From NCBI GenBank assembly GCA_963792965.1, contig CAWBYW010000009.1:32001-96000 (forward strand): a stretch of DNA of 64,000 nt, read 5' to 3'. The position numbers and the translations under genes are program-made. The notes under the pieces were generated by a model that saw only the letters and a list, made by a program, of their open reading frames with translations, did not search any database and was not told the DNA's origin. Source of the DNA: an uncultured delta proteobacterium. Its GTDB lineage: Bacteria; Desulfobacterota; Zymogenia; Zymogenales; Zymogenaceae. Below, piece by piece: positions 59,004-64,000 of this stretch (position 1 is its first letter; every line of letters begins with the position of its first letter).

Positions 59004-60473
59004 TCACTCTTTCGGCCGCATGTCCACAACCCGTGTCGCTTTGAGGGCGGTCGTCGGATCGAAGATCTCGGAAGGCGGCACGAAGGCTACTTCCGGGCGC
59101 ATCTCCACGGTCTGGCGTGCCGCCTCGATAACCTCCGCCGCCACCGCCTTCTCGTCCCGGTCGGGATTTCCGATCTTAATGAGGAGCAGATCCATTGAGT
59201 AGGGATCGTTGGGATCCTCCTTCGTGAAGACAATCTGATACTCGGTGACCCCCTTGATGTTCGCGATGGCGTCCCTGAGCGTCTCCGGGTTTATGAGGGT
59301 CCCCTTGAGCTTGACCAGCTCCGAGGTCCGCGTGCCGTAGGTCGACCCGACGGCGGTGATCAGCCGAGCCGAAAGTCTCCCGCAGTGGGGGCACGGCTCG
59401 TGCGTCATCGCGACAATATCACCCAAGACGTATCTCAGCAGCACGGTCCCCCGCCGGTCGAGATGAGTAACGGCAAGGAGGCCGGTCTTGCCGTCCTCGA
59501 CGCGCTTTCCGGTCGTCTCGTCCACTACCTCCAGGAAATAGTAGTAGTCGTCGGTCACATGGTTTCCCCCGAACTCGACGCACTCCTGGAGCGACGTCTG
59601 GAGCTCGGTCGCCCCAAATCCGTTGCCGATATAGACGTCTCCCGCGCCCATGTTCTGAAGCCGCCGCCGCATATCGTCACGCATCCCCTTGGGCACCGCC
59701 TCACCGAGCGCGCCCACGGACCGCACGGCACTGTAGTCTTTTTTCTGTTTTTCCGCCTCGACGATGACCCTCCTGATATAGCTGCCAATCCCCGATAGGA
59801 GTGTCACACGCTTAATCTCGATATCATCAATGACGTCCTGGATGCTGCGGTGAATGGGCGGCTCCATCCCCGGATAGGGAGAGCCGGTAAACCCCCAGCA
59901 CATCGAGCAACCGATGGTCGCCGAATAATGGAGGGTCTTGTAGTAGCCGAGGTGCGGGATGAAGTGGAAGGGGAACACATTCATGACCATATCACACGGC
60001 TCGATGCAGCCGATGGCACACCCCCGGATAAACTGGATCGCTTCTCGAAACATGTCGTAGGTCGTGTTGTAGAAACGAGAGGGGAGCCCGGTTGTAGTGC
60101 CGGTGGTGTAGTTGATTTCATAGGGGATCCACTCGAGCCCCGGCGCGGGTGGCGTCAGCACAAACCGCATCCCCCTGTCCACCATGTAATCCTTCTTGAA
60201 GGTAAGGGGGATCTTCTCCAGATCCTCCATCCCCTTGATGTCGCCCGGCGCGATGCCGTGCGTCTTGAAAAACTCCGTGTAAAAGGGCGAGTATTTATGG
60301 AGGAGGTCGATCTGGTTTTTTAACAGCTCGCCCTGCTTTGCCGTCACCTCGTCGCGGGACTTCCAGGCCGGGTCGGTATCCGCGTCCTTGGCATAGACCG
60401 GCCATTTGCGCACAAAGGCCTTATGCTCGGCGGGTGTCGACGGCCGCTTCGTGTAGGGTTTGATCTTTGCCAT
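59004..60473 (-). CDS. Phenylacetate-CoA ligase (PaaK)-like adenylate-forming enzyme
   Basis: DLEKIPLTFK, YTTGTTTGLP loop, FGATE, LLRYVLGD, KLKGTLINP. Confidence 0.82.
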   Translation of the reverse strand: MAKIKPYTKRPSTPAEHKAFVRKWPVYAKDADTDPAWKSRDEVTAKQGELLKNQIDLLHKYSPFYTEFFKTHGIAPGDIKGMEDLEKIPLTFKKDYMVDRGMRFVLTPPAPGLEWIPYEINYTTGTTTGLPSRFYNTTYDMFREAIQFIRGCAIGCIEPCDMVMNVFPFHFIPHLGYYKTLHYSATIGCSMCWGFTGSPYPGMEPPIHRSIQDVIDDIEIKRVTLLSGIGSYIRRVIVEAEKQKKDYSAVRSVGALGEAVPKGMRDDMRRRLQNMGAGDVYIGNGFGATELQTSLQECVEFGGNHVTDDYYYFLEVVDETTGKRVEDGKTGLLAVTHLDRRGTVLLRYVLGDIVAMTHEPCPHCGRLSARLITAVGSTYGTRTSELVKLKGTLINPETLRDAIANIKGVTEYQIVFTKEDPNDPYSMDLLLIKIGNPDRDEKAVAAEVIEAARQTVEMRPEVAFVPPSEIFDPTTALKATRVVDMRPKE

Positions 60474-60580
60474 AGAGCAACTCACTAAATATATGATTTA
60501 TACTATATACGGATAGCCTGCGATCACCTCTTCTTCTTTCCGGCAGTCCCCTAAGAAATCGTGGATTCCTTGGGGCGCTA

Positions 60581-60802
60581 TTATCCTCCCGTCAGCAGCG
60601 TCACCAGCTTTACCTCGTCCCCATCAACGAGCGCCTGATCCAGGTCCCGCTTCTTCCCATTGACGTAGGAGGCCATTTTGAGCTCCCGCGGGATCTTGAG
60701 CACAAGGATGAGCTCGCGGGAGGTCGTCCCTTCCTTCACATCCAGGTTTTCCCCCTGAGCATATTTCTTGATCAGCCCGATGGGTACAACCGTTATCTTC
60801 AC
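60581..60802 (-). CDS. MoaD/ThiS family sulfur carrier
   Basis: VNG...LVDGDEV, C-terminal GG. Confidence 0.88.
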   Translation of the reverse strand: MKITVVPIGLIKKYAQGENLDVKEGTTSRELILVLKIPRELKMASYVNGKKRDLDQALVDGDEVKLVTLLTGG

Positions 60803-60811
60803 GTGTCCACC

Positions 60812-62680
60812 CTACCAGACCGCCTGTGCCTCATCATTCATGCCGTACTCGGCCAGCGTGTCCTTTGTCGGGATCCCTTTTTCCGGGTCGATTCCGGCCA
60901 GCCCGTAAAATTTCTCCTTCATGCCGGCAAGGTCCATCTGGACTCCCTCGGGCTCTCCATCACGGGCGGGCTCGAGCATGCGCGGGGTCAGGTCGTCGTC
61001 GGCCGCGGTCCTGCCGAAGCGGAAGTTGATAAGTCGCTTGAGGTAAAAGACCCGGCGTCCGGCCCGGAGCATCTCGGTGGCGTCCCACCCGTAGCCGGGG
61101 ACCGTGTTGAAGAGGTCTACCCACTGGGGAATCTTCATCTCCCGATCGGCGAATTGACACCAGCAGGCGCTGTTCTCGATGCTCCCGATCTCCCACGCCG
61201 TGACGGTGGATTCGGCCTTATACTGATCGGTCTTCGGCTCCAGCTCATACTCGAAACCGATCTCCGGCCAGTAGCAGGCACCCATCTCCATGAAGAGCAT
61301 CGGCGTGGCGACATGACACGCCCCCCGGGGACTCGTGGCGTAGGTAAGGGCCAGGCCGTGCCCCCCCCCGCGGGGGTCGTGCATAGGCGCCTCCATTCCC
61401 TTGCTGTGGCACGTGTAGTCGATTGAGCCCTTCCCTATCTTCTTTGCCGCGTTCACGCTCCCCTCCGCCAGGAGCTGCCCCAGCTTTCCCGTCCGCAGAG
61501 CGATGGCGGGGACAATCGTGTTGATGACCGTCTCCAGGTCCGCCCAGTGGATCTCGATTCCGTCCGTGTCGTCCTTGCCGAGGTGTCCTTTTTCGAACGC
61601 CTCCATCGCCCAGGCGATCGTCATGCCGCAGGAAATGGTGTCGACCCCGAGGTTGTTGCACACACGGTTGACCTTGACCGTCGCGGCAAGGTCCGCAGAG
61701 TTCATCAGAGACCCGAAGGCGGCGATCGTCTCGTACTCCGGCCCGGGCCCCTCCGGCGTCGCATACGGCCCCTCCTTGACCTCGGCGACCCGTTTACAGG
61801 CCACTCCGCAGAAGGCGCACGAAGTCGTCTTTGTCAGGTACCGGTCGGTCAGCTCCGAGCCGGTCAGCGCCGACCCCATCTCCTCGTTGAAATTCGAGGT
61901 GAAGTTCTTGATCGGGAGGTCGCCGCCGTACATTCCGCCCTCGAGGTTGGCGGCGGTGCCGTTCTCGTGGAGCACCACGGCGGCCAGCGCCTCCTTTAAA
62001 GCGGGGTTGACCTCCTTTCGGAGTTTTTCGTATGCCGCGGGATCGGCGAAGCTCATTTCCTTTTTGGTTGCCTTTACGACGATCCCCTTGAGGTTCTTGG
62101 AGCCCATCACCGCGCCGAAGCCGGCGCGCCCGAACGCATGGTGAGCCTCGTTCATGATGTTGGCATACTTCACGAGATTTTCACCCGCGGGGCCGATGAG
62201 GACGGTGCGGTAGTCTTTCCCGTGCTTTTGTTTCAGTTCGCTGTTGACTTCCTCGATTCCCTTGCCCCAGTACGGGGCGGCATCAGTGATCTCGACCTTA
62301 TCATCCTGGATCATCAGAAGGGAGGGTTTGGCCGCTTTCCCGGTGATGATGATCCCGTCATACCCCGCGTATCTGAGCTCCGGGGCGAAGTACCCGCCGC
62401 AGGATGAATCACCCCACGAACCGGTCAGGGGAGAGCGCCCGGCGACGCTGTTGCGGCTGGCGCCCGACATCCTGATGCCCGCAAACGGCCCGTTCATGAA
62501 GATGAGCATCGCCTCCGGAGAGAGGGGGTCGGCCGTAAAGCTTCCCCGTTCCCAGAAGATCTTCGCCGCAAGCCCGCTGCCCCCGATGTATTTCTTGTAG
62601 TCCTCCTCGGGCAGTGTCTTTATTTCGATGCTGCCGGCGGTGAGATCAACCTCGATGATTTTTCCCGTATTTCCAAACAT
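60812..62680 (-). CDS. aor: Aldehyde:ferredoxin oxidoreductase (W/Mo-pterin)
   Basis: SPLTG, IGPAGE, GAVMGSKNLK, CAFCGVAC, GPEYET, HDPRG, RGACH. Confidence 0.93.
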   Translation of the reverse strand: MFGNTGKIIEVDLTAGSIEIKTLPEEDYKKYIGGSGLAAKIFWERGSFTADPLSPEAMLIFMNGPFAGIRMSGASRNSVAGRSPLTGSWGDSSCGGYFAPELRYAGYDGIIITGKAAKPSLLMIQDDKVEITDAAPYWGKGIEEVNSELKQKHGKDYRTVLIGPAGENLVKYANIMNEAHHAFGRAGFGAVMGSKNLKGIVVKATKKEMSFADPAAYEKLRKEVNPALKEALAAVVLHENGTAANLEGGMYGGDLPIKNFTSNFNEEMGSALTGSELTDRYLTKTTSCAFCGVACKRVAEVKEGPYATPEGPGPEYETIAAFGSLMNSADLAATVKVNRVCNNLGVDTISCGMTIAWAMEAFEKGHLGKDDTDGIEIHWADLETVINTIVPAIALRTGKLGQLLAEGSVNAAKKIGKGSIDYTCHSKGMEAPMHDPRGGGHGLALTYATSPRGACHVATPMLFMEMGACYWPEIGFEYELEPKTDQYKAESTVTAWEIGSIENSACWCQFADREMKIPQWVDLFNTVPGYGWDATEMLRAGRRVFYLKRLINFRFGRTAADDDLTPRMLEPARDGEPEGVQMDLAGMKEKFYGLAGIDPEKGIPTKDTLAEYGMNDEAQAVW

Positions 62681-62859
62681 GGTGTCCCCCTTCTTGAGGT
62701 GAGCAAAAGACGGGCGATTCCGGGGATGCGGCTCCGATGCAGCACGACACGCGGCCGATTGATAAGCCCCCGTTCGGGACCTGCGTGCGCGGTACGGCGC
62801 CGGCCGGTCGGATATCGCCCATCTCTCTGAGAGAGGCGGAAAAAAGTCCTATGGCGACC

Positions 62860-63291
62860 CTACTTGATGATCTTGCTTGCCTGGCCCGTCTCCTGGAGGA
62901 CCTGGTTATAGTACTCGGCGACCTTCTTGAGCTTGGGCGCCAGCTTCAACAGCCCCGTCGCCGACCCCTTCACCTTGATCTTGCCGCGGGTGATGGCCAT
63001 GACCGGGTTGAGTTTGTTGGACCAGGAGCGGTGGGCGTCGTCAGCGGAGAGCGTCATGACGAGATCCGGTTTGTCGGTCGGCTTGCCGGCTCCAGCCATG
63101 ACCTTTCCCCCCCGGGTGTCCCAATACCAGGCGCAATTGGGGCCGTCCTGGGTATAGTCAAAGAGGATGAGCTGGTTGACTTTCTTGAGCCCTGCGCCGA
63201 GATCGGGGTCTTTAATGCATTTGTCAAACATCTTCAGAAAGGTATCGATCGGTTCCTTTTCGTCTTTCCAGAATTCCATCGTATCCTCCAC
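62860..63291 (-). CDS. SCP2 sterol/lipid-binding domain protein
   Basis: PDLVMTLS...LNPVMAITRGKIKVKG. Confidence 0.85.
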   Translation of the reverse strand: MEDTMEFWKDEKEPIDTFLKMFDKCIKDPDLGAGLKKVNQLILFDYTQDGPNCAWYWDTRGGKVMAGAGKPTDKPDLVMTLSADDAHRSWSNKLNPVMAITRGKIKVKGSATGLLKLAPKLKKVAEYYNQVLQETGQASKIIK

Positions 63292-63391
63292 AATGAACGG
63301 TTAATTATATAGTACCAAAAAATTCTCTCTTTTCATCGGCTGCCCTCATGCTCAGGCGCCCACGGCGCGGCAGACATTCGACGGCCGGGAC

Positions 63392-64000
63392 CTACTTCAT
63401 CGCCTTCATATAGAGGTCCAACACATTGCTCTCCTCGACCGGATTCGGGTTATAGCCGATCTGCGAGTCGCCCATGGCCGTCTCGGCCAGGGGCTGCAGT
63501 TTGGCCCTGTCCTCCGGTACGCCGAGAGACTTCAGGGTATCCGCGAGCCCGATCTCCTTTTTGAGGTCTTTCACGGCCTGGACGGCCTTCTTCCCGGCCT
63601 CGACGGGATCCATCCCGTTCACGTTGATCCCCATGGCGTCGGCCACCATCTTGAAGCGCTCCGGCACGGCCTCCACGTTGTACTCCATCACCAGCGGCAG
63701 CATGATCGCGTTTGCCAGCCCGTGGGGGATGCCGTAGACGCCGCCCAGCGCATGGGCCGTCGCGTGGACCGCGCCCGTCATGGAGTTTCCGAACCCCATG
63801 CCGGCCATGCAGCTGGCGATCAGCATCCCGCCCCTGGCGTCTATATTGTCCGGTTCCTTGACGGCAAGCGGCAGAAACTTGAAGATCATCCGGATCGCGT
63901 GGAGGTTCAGTCCGTCCGCGATCGGCTCGGCCGACGTCGCGGTGACCCCCTCCACCGCGTGGGTGAGGGCGTCCATGCCGGTAAATGCCGTTACCTTGGG
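63392..64000 (-). CDS. Iron-containing alcohol dehydrogenase, C-terminal part (starts beyond the window)
   Basis: TGMDALTHAVE, HATAH, IPHGLANA. Confidence 0.93.
   Translation of the reverse strand, partial: PKVTAFTGMDALTHAVEGVTATSAEPIADGLNLHAIRMIFKFLPLAVKEPDNIDARGGMLIASCMAGMGFGNSMTGAVHATAHALGGVYGIPHGLANAIMLPLVMEYNVEAVPERFKMVADAMGINVNGMDPVEAGKKAVQAVKDLKKEIGLADTLKSLGVPEDRAKLQPLAETAMGDSQIGYNPNPVEESNVLDLYMKAMK

Overview
GC-rich chromosomal window from a diderm, probably anaerobic, deltaproteobacterium-like organism. This placement is inferred from the BamA N-terminal extension, MglA-like GTPase, AhbA and AOR. Core content: (i) an envelope operon lysS-lolC/E-[TPR/cNMP protein]-lolD-bamA-skp-lpxD; (ii) polA; (iii) kdsB-pyrG-kdsA; (iv) transporters, glycosyltransferases and lipoproteins; (v) two paralogous hybrid histidine kinases; (vi) an ADH-SCP2-AOR-MoaD-CoA ligase cluster. 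The most unusual part is about 8.7-16.2 kb, a cargo-accumulating locus between an orphan khpA (+) and a secreted SH3-domain gene (-). It is built from tandem units bounded by diverged 3' fragments of those two anchor genes. It carries two dead serine-recombinase N-termini, a recurring ~19-bp motif and AT-rich cargo (duplicated 83-aa ORF, PIN-like nuclease, TPR lipoprotein, membrane pYEATS-like protein). Other oddities are a DUF374 acyltransferase fused to an apparently inactive HEPN/DUF86 domain, an AT-rich PAS module spliced into a kinase, a candidate ~100-nt sRNA/attenuator and a secreted 4-repeat protein. About a dozen single-base frameshifts, including one in polA, look like sequencing or assembly indels. 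No rRNA, tRNA, CRISPR array or intact integrase/transposase was seen. All family assignments come from motif recognition by eye, not from database searches.
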